Below are positions 11,824 to 22,537 of a DNA stretch of 64,000 nt, one piece after another. The stretch comes from an uncultured Rivularia sp. (GTDB taxonomy: Bacteria > Cyanobacteriota > Cyanobacteriia > Cyanobacteriales > Nostocaceae): contig OY762007.1 in the NCBI GenBank assembly GCA_963665115.1, forward strand, positions 6,112,001 to 6,176,000, read 5' to 3'. The position numbers and the translations under genes were made by a program. The first letter of the stretch is position 1. Every line of letters begins with the position of its first letter. The notes below the pieces were generated by a model, which saw only the letters and a program-made list of their open reading frames with translations, was not told the DNA's origin and did no database searches.

Positions 11824-12080
11824 ATTATATACGGAATATAGTGTATTTTTTTATTTTGTATATTCGATGCGATTGCTTTGCAGATGCCCGCTCGCCGCAC
11901 CTACGGTGAAAGGTCAAATCGCAACCTTTATTACCTAATTTTATAGATAACTGAACTATTTAATTGAGAATACTTACCCGTGTTCACCTTCCGGAGCGTT
12001 GCTCCCCTAAAACTTTTGACAAAATTCTCAACCAACTTACCGAAGTGAAAATTTTGCCCTTCGGTGGAGAAAAGGGAGTA

Positions 12081-13046
12081 TTACTCATGAAGTGGACATC
12101 GCTGCATCATCTCCTCAATCCTCACTACTTCACCTTCGGGCGTATAAACCACCCCTTCAGACATTGCAATTACTATTCTTTCCTTCCTCGCCCATTCAAA
12201 CCAAACACTCACATCGGAAGCTACAGTATTTTTGGGTTTTTCACCGCTTTTACAACTGTTGATAAATAAACCCGTGGGATTATCGCACCATCCTTCATGA
12301 ATTGCTTCTTTGACACGGGCGATCGCACTACTTACATTATCCCAATACTTCTTAATTACCCCCAAACAAGGGTCTGGATTAATTCGCAATCGCTTCAACT
12401 CAGCATAAACTTCTTTTATCTCTAACTTTACAGACTTCTCTGAAGTTGTAAGTACTTCGACTTGCGGCTGAGTAATTTTATCAACACTAGTATCTGGGTT
12501 TTGAGTCGAGTTAACTGGTTCTAATTGTTCATCGTAGCGGGGTATTTGGGTTTCTTGTTCTGCTTCATCAACTTTATCTTCCTCAGTAGCAGTATTGTTG
12601 TTTTCAGAAAACTTAATTGTAGTTTTATATGTTGGCGGATTATTTGCATATTCACCTGAAATATCTGGCGCATTTGTGTCAATATTTTCGCATTGACTAA
12701 ACTCTATAGTTTCCATGATATTTTCCAGGTTGAGTCTATATTCAGAAGCAGTATCTTTAGGGAATCGATGAGATGGTTTATCTTCTACCAATCCGTCAAA
12801 CACCAATTCCCTCATATGCTTACTAATTGTTTCTCGACAGTAGCCAAGAATATCAGCCAGATTCTCAAAAGTGATTCTAACCCAAGAGTTACCGTAATAA
12901 TGCTTTCCATCTAACCAAGACAGTATGGCTGCTTTGCACTTTTGGCGACGGTTGAATGTGGCAAGAAACTCTTTAAGGATGTTGATTGGGGGATTGATTT
13001 GTCCCAATGATGCGGAAGTGAAACTAGTCATTATCTCCTCCTTCAT
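12081..13046 (-). CDS. Putative replication initiator (N-terminal winged HTH)
   Basis: TFENLADILGYCRETISKHMRELVFDGLV wHTH, acidic linker, C-terminal NPTGLFINS helical domain. Architecture of phage/plasmid initiators (inference). Confidence 0.55.
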   Translation of the reverse strand: MKEEIMTSFTSASLGQINPPINILKEFLATFNRRQKCKAAILSWLDGKHYYGNSWVRITFENLADILGYCRETISKHMRELVFDGLVEDKPSHRFPKDTASEYRLNLENIMETIEFSQCENIDTNAPDISGEYANNPPTYKTTIKFSENNNTATEEDKVDEAEQETQIPRYDEQLEPVNSTQNPDTSVDKITQPQVEVLTTSEKSVKLEIKEVYAELKRLRINPDPCLGVIKKYWDNVSSAIARVKEAIHEGWCDNPTGLFINSCKSGEKPKNTVASDVSVWFEWARKERIVIAMSEGVVYTPEGEVVRIEEMMQRCPLHE

Positions 13047-13816
13047 TAAATTGTTTCAATGCCTCACGCTTTGCCACTTCGAGCCTTGCCTGTTCTTCCG
13101 GTGATACTTCTCCAACAACAGTTTTTAGTTCCGAATGCTGTTTTTGTTTAACTTGTTGTGTAAGTGCTTCTATAGGAACTGAATCTTCAGTTTTATAGCT
13201 AGGTTTAAACCCACGACGACGATATAAAAAACGAAAGTGCCGTTTGTCTTGTGGTGGTAATTCTTCCCATACTTCGGCATCCCATCCAGGCGGTATGTAG
13301 TTTGCTTTTGAAGCTGGTAGTAAATTTTGTATTTGGGATTGGAGCAATTGTATTTCTTCTCCTTGTTTCTCAATTATTTGATTCTGCTGCTTAAGTTTTT
13401 CAAGGATATTTGAAAGCAGTTTCTTGGTTTTGCAATCCGAGTTCTGCCTCACGAGTAAGGAGCGCAAAATAGGTTTGTGCTTCTGCTATTTCTGGCTTAC
13501 GTGGGTCGCCATTCATTGCAGTAATATAACAAGCATATCGAGATAGCTTATAATTTTTCAGCACTTCTCTAAATGCCTGAGAGTCCCCTATTCGCGCCAT
13601 TTGGACGACGTTGGTAAAATGGTCAGATACGTTTGCCCCGGAATTGCGAGCGCTAACTTTTGCTCTTTCTACAGTATCTTTAATTCTCTTCCAAGTTCTA
13701 TATCCCATCGACGCTAATAAATCTGTCGCCAACCAGTATTCGGTTCCTAATTCATCAATTTGTTTGATTTTGTCAAATGGACTGGTATCGCTTTTACTTA
13801 AATTAATCGAATCCAT
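13024..13816 (-). CDS. DinD/BRO-like antirepressor with coiled-coil C-terminus (frameshifted near 13420)
   Basis: SPFDKIKQ..GTEYWLATDL..GYRTW and YKLSRYACYITAMNGDPRKPEIAEAQTYF are DinD-family signatures; continues into ORF 13024-13467 after a 1-nt shift. Confidence 0.75.
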
Positions 13817-13974
13817 AATTCCTCCGTTGCAAATGCATGAGAAAATAGAGCGACGCTGCTACTACAACTCGCCACTGAGTAAAATTAATTTCTTTCATCG
13901 CCAAGATTGAGAACTATCAAGTATTAAGCAGCTACAGAGATGCAACTGTTTAATACTTAATAGAAGAAAATTAC

Positions 13975-14455
13975 TTGTTATCCCAAATAGTAACACATAG
14001 TTATCACAATAGATATTGAAGAATAAAAAGCAGTAAACCCGCCTAATGTTTAGCGGGTTTATCTTTAAGCATCTGCTTTAACTGTTCAAGCAATTGCCTG
14101 AGAGAATTATTTTCTTCTCTCAGGCGGCGGTTTCCCCCAGCAATACCTCTTCAAGTTTTTCAACTCGTTGTCTTAATTCTAAAATATCGCCACTTTCAGC
14201 ACTTACTCCAAGATACTGATCGATTAAATCTATAAGAACATCAGTGGCATTTTTACCTTCTGCCTTCACTTTATGGTAGAAAGCATCTTTTTTATCAGGT
14301 GAAATTCTAATATTTAGCCTTGACTCAGCCATAATAATTCCCTTTGCTAATTATTCTAGAGTTATTTCAAATTAGCAATTAAGCCACGGGATAACAAGTG
14401 TACATACGAATTACAGCTATTTGTTATCCCTCCGTGTTGACAAATGGGATAACAA
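13975..14455. promoter_or_regulatory. Four exact copies of GGGATAACAA, candidate RHH operators
   Basis: Copies at 13975-13984 (rc), 14388-14397, 14421-14430 (rc) and 14446-14455; the last two bracket a TTGACA -35 box at 14437. Confidence 0.6.
14120..14332 (-). CDS. RHH DNA-binding protein with coiled coil; probable -1 frameshift extension to 14043
   Basis: SRLNIRISPDKK...ATDVLIDLIDQYL; see findings. Confidence 0.75.
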   Translation of the reverse strand: MAESRLNIRISPDKKDAFYHKVKAEGKNATDVLIDLIDQYLGVSAESGDILELRQRVEKLEEVLLGETAA

Positions 14456-14565
14456 ACATTATTTTAGATAATAAGACAAATACAGCCATGCGTTCGCCTG
14501 TCCTGAGAAAACTAGTACGAACACATGGAGGTAAGCCAAACTCCTATAAAGTCAGGCATCTAATT

Positions 14566-15252
14566 ATGACGTATCTATGTACCAAGCAGCAAGCGCTTCA
14601 TAGTGATAAAAACCAACTAACTATTTCCACAGGCTCAAATGCAATCCCCCAAAGTGATATCACAACAGTAGAAATAAGTTTCTACGACCATGAAATTTAC
14701 GCTGGTGAAAAACTAATTGCTTGTATTGCTCATGACCATGATGATTTTGCGACTCAACGCTGGGTGGTGATGATAAATAGTGTTGAAGTCCACCGAGCAA
14801 ATACTTGGGCAAAATGCTACGACTACATCATATGGCATTACAAGCAAGGAACATTGCCTACACAACAGCAAGAAGAAATAGCTGCAACTTGTAATGAAGA
14901 AACAGCAGAAGTTACCCCAATATCCAAGTTTGAGTTTGACTTATGCAATGATGTTGCCAAACAGAACTTGGTGAAGCTCGACGAAATTGCTTGTAAATCC
15001 TGTAACCATTGGGTAGTGAGAGTCTACGCTCAAAACCAGTTAACACTAAGCTTTGATGGAATATGTCTAAAAGTTGAGTCTTTATGGTTAATAGAAATTT
15101 CTCCACTAGAAAGTAATCAAAGCACAAGTATAAGTGAGAGTTGTGAGGAATTATTAGATCAACCCTTCGATGAATTGATTAGCGAAGAATGGGAAAGATT
15201 AAAAAAGTACAAACCGATTGCTAAAAAGATTCAGACAGCAGCCTTGTACTAA
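14566..15252 (+). CDS. Hypothetical protein
   Basis: In-frame ATG at 14566 of ORF 14398-15252; the upstream part overlaps promoter and operator sequence. Confidence 0.6.
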   Translation: MTYLCTKQQALHSDKNQLTISTGSNAIPQSDITTVEISFYDHEIYAGEKLIACIAHDHDDFATQRWVVMINSVEVHRANTWAKCYDYIIWHYKQGTLPTQQQEEIAATCNEETAEVTPISKFEFDLCNDVAKQNLVKLDEIACKSCNHWVVRVYAQNQLTLSFDGICLKVESLWLIEISPLESNQSTSISESCEELLDQPFDELISEEWERLKKYKPIAKKIQTAALY

Positions 15253-15348
15253 AACCTATAGAACTAACAGTCATGCTTTTCTGCGGATTCTATAGAACGA
15301 ATTTCCATTCCATGAAATTAACAATCAACATATCGAAGGTTAATCAAA

Positions 15349-16393
15349 ATGTTCAAGAAAGCCACAAAATCCAACTTGAAAATAAGGCTTGCCTTAAGCG
15401 GAGCATCCGGTTCTGGCAAAACATACTCAGCACTTTCAATCGCTTCTAACCTTGGTAATCGCATTGCTCTGATTGACACCGAAAGAGGTAGTGCTTCTAA
15501 ATACGCTGATTTATTCAATTTTGACACCTGTGAACTTACGAACCATCACCCAGCGAAATACATAGAAGCAATTCGCCAAGCAGAGGATATGGGGTATGAC
15601 ATCATAATTATCGATTCGTTAACTCATGCATGGTTCAGTGAACTAGAGTTAGCAGGTGGTAGATTTGATGGATGGGCAAAAGTCCGCCCTTTGGAGCGTA
15701 AATTAATCGATGCGATGATTGGATCAAAATGCCATATAATTGCGACGATGCGAAGCAAAACTGAATGGCTGATTGAAGAAAATCAAAAGAAGGGTAAATC
15801 CTCTTATAGTCCCAAGAAAATAGGCACATCACCAATACAGGCAAGCGGAGTAGAATACGAGTTTGATGTCGCCGGAGAGCTTGATTATACGCACATTTTA
15901 ACCATTAGTAAGAGCCGTTGCCCTGCTGTTACGGATAAAACTTTTCTCAATCCTGGTAAGGAATTGGCGTTTGAATTAAAGTCCTGGTTAGCAACAGAAG
16001 AATCACAACCACAAACTATAGAATCTCCTCAAAAATTAGAATCAGCTTGGGTTGCAGATACTCAAGATTTGCGAGTCAAGCAAATTCGTACCTTGCTTGA
16101 TTATCCCATTGAATTAATTAAAGAATGGCTGCAATCCAATATTGTTCAGCGTCCCCAGTCAACTTGATAGTCACAAAGTTGATGAATTAGTAAAAACGAT
16201 GTGTCTTGCTTGGGCTTCCCCTCTGTCTGCTCATCCTAAGTACACTGCTGATTCCTACGATAAGAACGTAGTCAGAGCAGTGATTGAAGGTTATTCGGAA
16301 TTGGAGGCAATTCAAAATTGGATGAAGCAGGTTCAGCAATTTAAGAAGCAAGAGCAGAAGCAAGAAGCTGGAATTTTTTCATCCTTTAGTTGA
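15349..16393 (+). CDS. AAA_24 family (Sak4-like) ATPase, frameshifted near 16155
   Basis: Walker A GASGSGKT, IDTERGSA, Walker B IIIDSLTHAW, EYEFDV. Removing one C from CCCC joins ORF 16142-16393. Confidence 0.8.
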
Positions 16394-16505
16394 AAACCTG
16401 AAAAATAAGTAAATATTGCTAGACTCTTCCTTCAAAACTTACTTTATGCGAATGCAACATTGATTGTTGCATTCGTAACATTGATTTGTATTTTTTCTAA
16501 TCGCG

Positions 16506-17108
16506 TTGCAAATGTATCCAAATCAAATTATTCAGTTATTGCAATCAACACCTTTGGAAGCAAGACAGTTTCTCCGCTACAGTTTTGGCATAGATAAGTT
16601 ATCTCCCGAAGAGATTTTAGAAGAAGAATTAAATTTTAGCTATGGCACTAAATGCATTAATTTACTTTCAAAACTTTTAGGATTTAGAAAACAAACTATA
16701 CGAAGTTGGGGCGATAATCCTAACTTTTGGAATATGCCAAAACATTCACAAATTGCTTGTAGTTACGCGCAAATAGCTTTATCTCAACAAGAATTAAAGA
16801 GAGTGAGTAATGAAAAATATATTGCCCCAAGAACAACAGCACTGGAATTTATCGAAGAAACTCTTTTAAATGCTTCGTCACCATCACAAAGAATAAAGAT
16901 ATTAACCTCTACTAACTTTCGAGGAAGTTGTCTTAAATTGTTATCGGAAACTTTAGCTATATCAGAGCGGACAGTTTATGAATGGGGACGGGATATTGAG
17001 TTCAGTAATATGTCTAAATATCATCAACATACCCTTGCTTATGCGCTTGCTGCATATTGCAAAAGACAAAAATTCAATTTGAATAATAATTTTGTTTTGT
17101 ATTCTTAG
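16506..17108 (+). CDS. Hypothetical protein with two tandem HTH-like repeats
   Basis: CINLLSKLLG..QTIRSWG..NFWNMPKH is repeated as CLKLLSETLA..RTVYEWG..EFSNMSKY. Preceded by a palindrome at 16447-16477. Confidence 0.6.
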   Translation: MQMYPNQIIQLLQSTPLEARQFLRYSFGIDKLSPEEILEEELNFSYGTKCINLLSKLLGFRKQTIRSWGDNPNFWNMPKHSQIACSYAQIALSQQELKRVSNEKYIAPRTTALEFIEETLLNASSPSQRIKILTSTNFRGSCLKLLSETLAISERTVYEWGRDIEFSNMSKYHQHTLAYALAAYCKRQKFNLNNNFVLYS

Positions 17109-17619
17109 TTTATTTTATTGTCTTTGCGAGTGTTTTAGTAACTGAGGGAAGATTTGACGAAAACGGCAGAATATAAGATACGGATAATCACTATTTTCTA
17201 CATTCATAAATAGTTTTATAAACTCATACCTGTTACCTTCAAATCAGGGTAGCGGCTTTTTAATGAAGGTGCAATCGTAAGTAGTTAGTCGGCAGTCGTA
17301 ACCCCGTAAATTAATTTAGGGTTTTGGTAATGCTGTTTTTATCTACATAAAAATAACTGACAAAAAAGTTTACACAATTGTTTGGGAAAATTACTATTTA
17401 ACGAAAACCAGAAAGTTTGATTATATTTTGAAATTTAACTTGTAACGCTTCTGATTCTATGTCTATATAGACTGTGTAAAGAACAGCGACTTAAGCTCAA
17501 CTTTAATTTATCTCAAGTTGAATTGAAACGACAAGGCTTGTTAAGAAAAATCTACTTTACAAGCACTATCGTCAAACAATAACTGAATAAATATTTGTTT
17601 CAAGTAGTAATTAAACTGG

Positions 17620-18024
17620 ATGATGGTATGTGATGACAATGTTATATATACCCAGAAAAGCCTTGCCCAAAGATATGGAATAACTATCTCAGCTTTGCAA
17701 CAGTGGTATCCCTATGCCGGGATAGTAAAACCCAAGAAGCGAGGAGGATACTTTGATTTAGATGCTGTTCAAACTGCCGACTTTTTTTACGTAGCCACTA
17801 AGATAAGACGATTAACCAGAGACGAATATCTAGAAAGAGTAATTCCTTCTGGTGGTTTAGATGAATTTATGCGTCAAAATAACGGACTAAGCCTGTACGA
17901 TTTTTTGACGAAACATATTTCTGAAGATGAAAAACAAGACCCAATTGTTAAATCTGTTATTAGGAGGATTGAGAGATATGAAACACATCAACAAAGTAGC
18001 TCAAACTTTGCAAACTACACCTGA
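17620..18024 (+). CDS. MerR/excisionase-like HTH protein; first gene of the membrane operon
   Basis: YTQKSLAQRYGITISALQQW HTH pattern. Confidence 0.6.
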   Translation: MMVCDDNVIYTQKSLAQRYGITISALQQWYPYAGIVKPKKRGGYFDLDAVQTADFFYVATKIRRLTRDEYLERVIPSGGLDEFMRQNNGLSLYDFLTKHISEDEKQDPIVKSVIRRIERYETHQQSSSNFANYT

Positions 18025-18568
18025 AATAGTAATTAAGGTATGTAAAAAACTAAGCTTAGTTGTAAATAAAGATAGTACTATCAAGCCGGAAGTAGAGCGA
18101 CAATTAGTTCAATTAAAAGAAGTAGCTGCTGCTGAAAATATGTCATTAGAAGAAGCCGCTAACCATTTATTGGAAATGCGCCAAGAACGCTCCAGTTCTA
18201 ATAACGAACACACATTTGATGAAAACCAATATATCCAACAAAGATTTGGCGTAAATCCCGAAGAATCTGAATCTAATAGCTTCGTTAAAGTGTTGCATTC
18301 GGATGTTAAAAGAGGAAAGCAACTGGCAACATTACGACATAAAGTAGTTCTCGAAACTTCTACTTTGATGTTAGAAGATATGTTATTTAACGGTGTCCAA
18401 TAACCAACAACAGAATTAGAAGAAGTACAAGGTCGAGTTTACAAGCGTATCGACGATGATTTTTTCGGCAAAGTCAATTGGGGAGAGGAGCCGCATCCGT
18501 CGTTGGAAATGCAGCCTCAACAATTGAAATCAGTGTCGAAGACAAAATCCTTGCCCGAGAAGTCATAA
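17978..18568 (+). CDS. Hypothetical protein (internal TAA at 18401); probable -1 frameshift fusion to the membrane ORF ending at 18828
   Basis: ATG at 17978 overlaps the upstream gene; the frame stays open after the TAA until 18568; slippery site at 18460-18466. Confidence 0.5.
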
Positions 18569-18828
18569 CCTTGATGATGCCGTCAATAGAATCTTACCTT
18601 GGCGAGCAATCCCGACAACTTAGGATTGTAGCGATGCAGGGTATGGGAATTGTATTTTTGGGTAGCTTTTCGGGGATGGTAACGGGATTGGTCTTATCTC
18701 CTCCACAGCAGACGAACATACCAAAGGTAATTTACGGTTCTTTATTTGGTGGCTTAGTTGGAATTTCTGTTGCACTTACTTTGATTTTGAAGATAACCAG
18801 GGAGTTTAGTATTCATGAGAGCGATTAA
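18478..18828 (+). CDS. Two-TM membrane protein segment (no convincing start codon)
   Basis: Two hydrophobic Gly-rich helices; the frame opens exactly at the slippery site. Confidence 0.6.
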   Translation: MGRGAASVVGNAASTIEISVEDKILAREVITLMMPSIESYLGEQSRQLRIVAMQGMGIVFLGSFSGMVTGLVLSPPQQTNIPKVIYGSLFGGLVGISVALTLILKITREFSIHESD

Positions 18829-19042
18829 AGATTTTTTCATTAATATCGGTGGTGGAATATTGACCGGATGCGGTATTAGCGGATTTATCGGTCACGCAAT
18901 GGGAGTCGGTGCAGCCCTTGCAATTAATCCTTTGCTATTGCTCATGGGCGCGGTTTTTGGCGGCGCATGGGTGTGTATACTGCGTTCGACTTTTGTAAGT
19001 TATTCAAGGGAACCTTTGTACGTGATAGTTGATAACAGTTAA
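18815..19042 (+). CDS. Small glycine-rich membrane protein
   Basis: 75 aa with GxxxG hydrophobic helices; overlaps the upstream gene. Confidence 0.6.
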   Translation: MRAIKDFFINIGGGILTGCGISGFIGHAMGVGAALAINPLLLLMGAVFGGAWVCILRSTFVSYSREPLYVIVDNS

Positions 19043-19047
19043 TAGCC

Positions 19048-19884
19048 ATGCAGTTACTTCCTAAAAGGGATAAATTTAATTCGAGTAATACGAGTGCGAA
19101 TGATATACCCAAACTCAAAAAGCGCAGTCGAAAAATCGACATAGTGTTGTGGGTTTGTTGTGCAACGGTTGGATTGGGTTCGGTGTTGGCAGCCGCTGCA
19201 ATTATCATAGGTAGACGAGGTGAAGTACCATCCACTGTTTCTGCTATTACTCGCGCTAAAGAAATAACAGATTCCCGACGGCGTATTTATATCGAGAAGT
19301 TGACTCGCACCGACTTCAATCCCGACGAGTTACAAAACTTCAGTGTTGATGGAAGTGTTACTCTAACGGGTTGGCGGCAACTAGCTGCGGCACAATGGTC
19401 GGGAGAAATAGTGCAAAATATTAACAACCAGCAGAGTAATGAAAATTCACCCTTCTTTAGGCTGCATCATATAGCAGCATTAGCGATCACAAAACTTGAT
19501 ACGATGGATGCTTTGATTGAAGTAGCAGCCGGAAACAATAGTTTTACCTACAGCTATATCAAGACAGATGGTACTAAAGTTGAGCAAAAGTTAAGTACGG
19601 GTGGTGCTGCGGTATTGCTTTTAGGTAAGTTAGAGGCTATTGACTATGCCGAGAATTTACAGAATCGTCCGATAGTGGATTTGAATCAAATGGTAACGCA
19701 AATCCAGACGGTACAAGAGCCATACGCTCTATCCCAAGCGAACTATTTGCGGGTTCAGGGCTATAAAGACCCCGTGCGGCAGTTATCAGAAGTACCAATA
19801 ATACGTCAGAGTATAGCTGAATCATTGCGTAAGAGAAAGCTGAAACTAGAGCAGTTGAAAAAATCCAAACAAGGAGTTGATTAA
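19048..19884 (+). CDS. Membrane-anchored hypothetical protein
   Basis: 278 aa; basic N-terminus followed by a single TM helix. Confidence 0.7.
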   Translation: MQLLPKRDKFNSSNTSANDIPKLKKRSRKIDIVLWVCCATVGLGSVLAAAAIIIGRRGEVPSTVSAITRAKEITDSRRRIYIEKLTRTDFNPDELQNFSVDGSVTLTGWRQLAAAQWSGEIVQNINNQQSNENSPFFRLHHIAALAITKLDTMDALIEVAAGNNSFTYSYIKTDGTKVEQKLSTGGAAVLLLGKLEAIDYAENLQNRPIVDLNQMVTQIQTVQEPYALSQANYLRVQGYKDPVRQLSEVPIIRQSIAESLRKRKLKLEQLKKSKQGVD

Positions 19885-22526
19885 TGTGTATGTCAAATTT
19901 ATTGGCGCGGGTGTATGCTTTTTGCTCTCATTATTTAACGTATTGGGAGCGGTGCGGCAGATTCCGGTGAAGACTACTAATGGTAATTCTTCGCGTCCTA
20001 CTGTCACTCAGATGAAACCTCCGGGAACTAGCTTGCATTGGTTGTCGGGTGGAGTCTTTTTTGCAGCAAGTATCAGTTTAATTGCCTGGGCTATTTGGGA
20101 ATATAACTCCAATATCGACCTCGGTGTTGATTCCACTGAGGCTCCTGCACCTGTTGTGCCACCGATGCCCGACACCGATACCCAAATGCCCCAATTTTTA
20201 GATGAAGGTGCAATCCAATCACAGCAATTTGAGGGTGTTAAACCCGAATTTCAAAACTTAGTTCCGTTTCGTCGCCCTACTGCCGATGGTAGCGTGCCGA
20301 TAACCCCCGAACAATTCAAAAATGCGTGCGACTTGTTAGAACTAGGAGCCAAGCGGTCGGCAGATTACCGACGCAAGCCGGGGTATGAGTTCTGGAGTAT
20401 GCGGGGTAAAATCCTCAAAATACTTTAACTGTTTCAAAGATGTGGGTGAAAGTCCCACCCGTCCGGGATGACGTGACTCCCTATCTGACCACACCGAGCG
20501 GCAACGACCGTAACCGTAGAGTGAAGCTGGTGACAGGGCACAATCAGAAGTAAAGCAGGTAACTACACTGGTGCTAATGGGGATGAAATATGGGTAAACA
20601 GGTTCTAGAAAAGTGTCTTATGAATAAGCCATAACCTGGTCAACAAATATGGACTTCAACATCGTTTATTCCCGCAATCTTATTGCATTTGAGAATTGCA
20701 ATCCTGGGAAGATGTTAGGCAAAATGAACCGCCCTAAGTTTCATAAAAGCTTTCAAATGAAGGTATCTTTGTTACGGAACAAGAAAAAACACTATACAGG
20801 TCTAGGGAAAGGTCGAACCCCTGGTAAGCTAGGTTGAACTTAATTCCTGATAGTGGGTAGGATGTTAGCGGAAACTGCTAACGGGTATTCAGAAAATATT
20901 CAAAGGAAGAGAGCATGGTTAGACATACCCCCCTGGGAAATGAACTTTGGAAAGGGTTACCTTGGAAGAAATTTCGTAAAAACCTATTCCGCCTACAACG
21001 GAGAATATTTAAAGCTGTTAGAGAAGGTGACATGGCGAAAGTCCGAAATCTTCAGAAGCTAATCTTGAAATCCACGTCAGCAAAGCTGTTAGCAATTAGA
21101 CAAATAACGCAATTAAATAAAGGCAAGAGAACTGCCGGAGTGGATGGGAGAAAAACACTGAATTTCATCCAAAGGTTCCAAACACTTTTTCAATTAGGAA
21201 ACATAAATAAATGGATACCACAGGAATTAAGGAGGATTCCTATACGGAAAAAGAATGGAAAAGTTAGAATTTTAAGTGTTCCAACTATAACCGATAGAAT
21301 CTGGCAATGCTTAATAAAATTCGCCTTGGAACCCGCCCACGAAGCAACCTTTCATGCCAATAGTTATGGGTTCAGAACAGGTAGAAGCGCCCACGATGCC
21401 CAGAAGATGGTCTTCCAAAGATTAAATTCGAGAGTCAAGGGATATGATAAGAGAATAATTGAACTCGATATCAAAAAATGCTTCGACCGCACAAGTCATG
21501 AAACAATCATGACTCAACTAATTGCCACATCCGGAATAAAACAGGGAATATTCAGATCACTTAAAGCCGGAACATTCCCGGAATTCCCTGAGCAAGGATG
21601 CCCGCAAGGAGGAGTTTTTAGCCCATTACTTGCTAACATTGCTTTAAACGGTACACAATAGCATACGATATGCGGATGACATGGTGTTGTTTCTTAAGCC
21701 AAATGAGGACGCAGGAAAAATACTTCAAAAAGTTAAGACATTCTTGGCCCAAAGAGGTATGCAAATTAGTGAAGAAAAGACAAAGATAAGGCCATCGACA
21801 ACAGGATTCAACTTTCTAGGTTGGAACTTTAAAGTCCAGAAAAACGGTAAGTTTAGAAGCACTCCATCGAAGGAGAACTTTGAAGCTATGCGTGAGAAAG
21901 TAAAATTCATAGTCAACAACTCTAATTATGGGGCTGAAGTAAAAGCACAAAAGCTGGCACCTATTATACGAGGATGGAGAAACTACCACCGCTTCTGCAA
22001 CATGAATAACGTGAGAGATTCCTTATGGTTCATAGCCAAAAGAACTTTTCGAGTATTCAACAAGCAGAAAAAGCTTAACCGATATCAAGCCGAATCGCTA
22101 GTAAAGAAAGCTTTCCCATCGGTTAAATGGGCAGAAAGTAAATTTGTCAATGTAAAAGGTGAGAAATCGCCTTACGACGGAGACATAGTTTATTGGAGTC
22201 AACGGGAATCCAAACTGTATGACGGAATTTCAGCCAAGCTTCTCAAGAAGCAAAACCATACATGTGCTAGATGTGGGATGAAGTTTCTCCCAGGAGAAGA
22301 TGTTCACCTACATCACATAGATGGAAACCACGATAACTGGAAACCAAAGAACTTAGAAATGGTTCACCAGTCGTGTCACCAGTATACGCACATGAGCAAA
22401 GCGAAAGCTCAGAATATCTAGGAGCCGGATGCGGCTAAAGTCGCACGTCCGGATCTGAAGGAGAGGTGCGGAGCGTAATAGCTCTCATCGACTCTAACTT
22501 TAGAAGACGATGTTTGGTCTGATTAA
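19877..22526 (+). CDS. Membrane protein split by group II intron 1 (exons 19877-20325 and 22499-22526)
   Basis: Joined exons read ...PEQFKN-GC|T-TTA GAA GAC GAT GTT TGG TCT GAT TAA (ALEDDVWSD*); the next gene starts at 22538. Confidence 0.75.
20326..22498 (+). mobile_element. Group II intron 1
   Basis: 5' GTGCG at 20326; domain V GAGCCGGATGCGGCTAAAGTCGCACGTCCGGATCT; domain VI ending CTCTAAC at 22498. Confidence 0.92.
20915..22421 (+). pseudogene. ltrA: Group II intron RT/maturase/HNH, frameshifted by an 11-nt deletion before YADD
   Basis: PQGG motif; YADD present at about 21670 in the shifted frame; C-terminal CxxC-HNH. Alignment with intron 2 shows the deletion. Confidence 0.88.
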
Positions 22527-22537
22527 AGAGGTAAATT

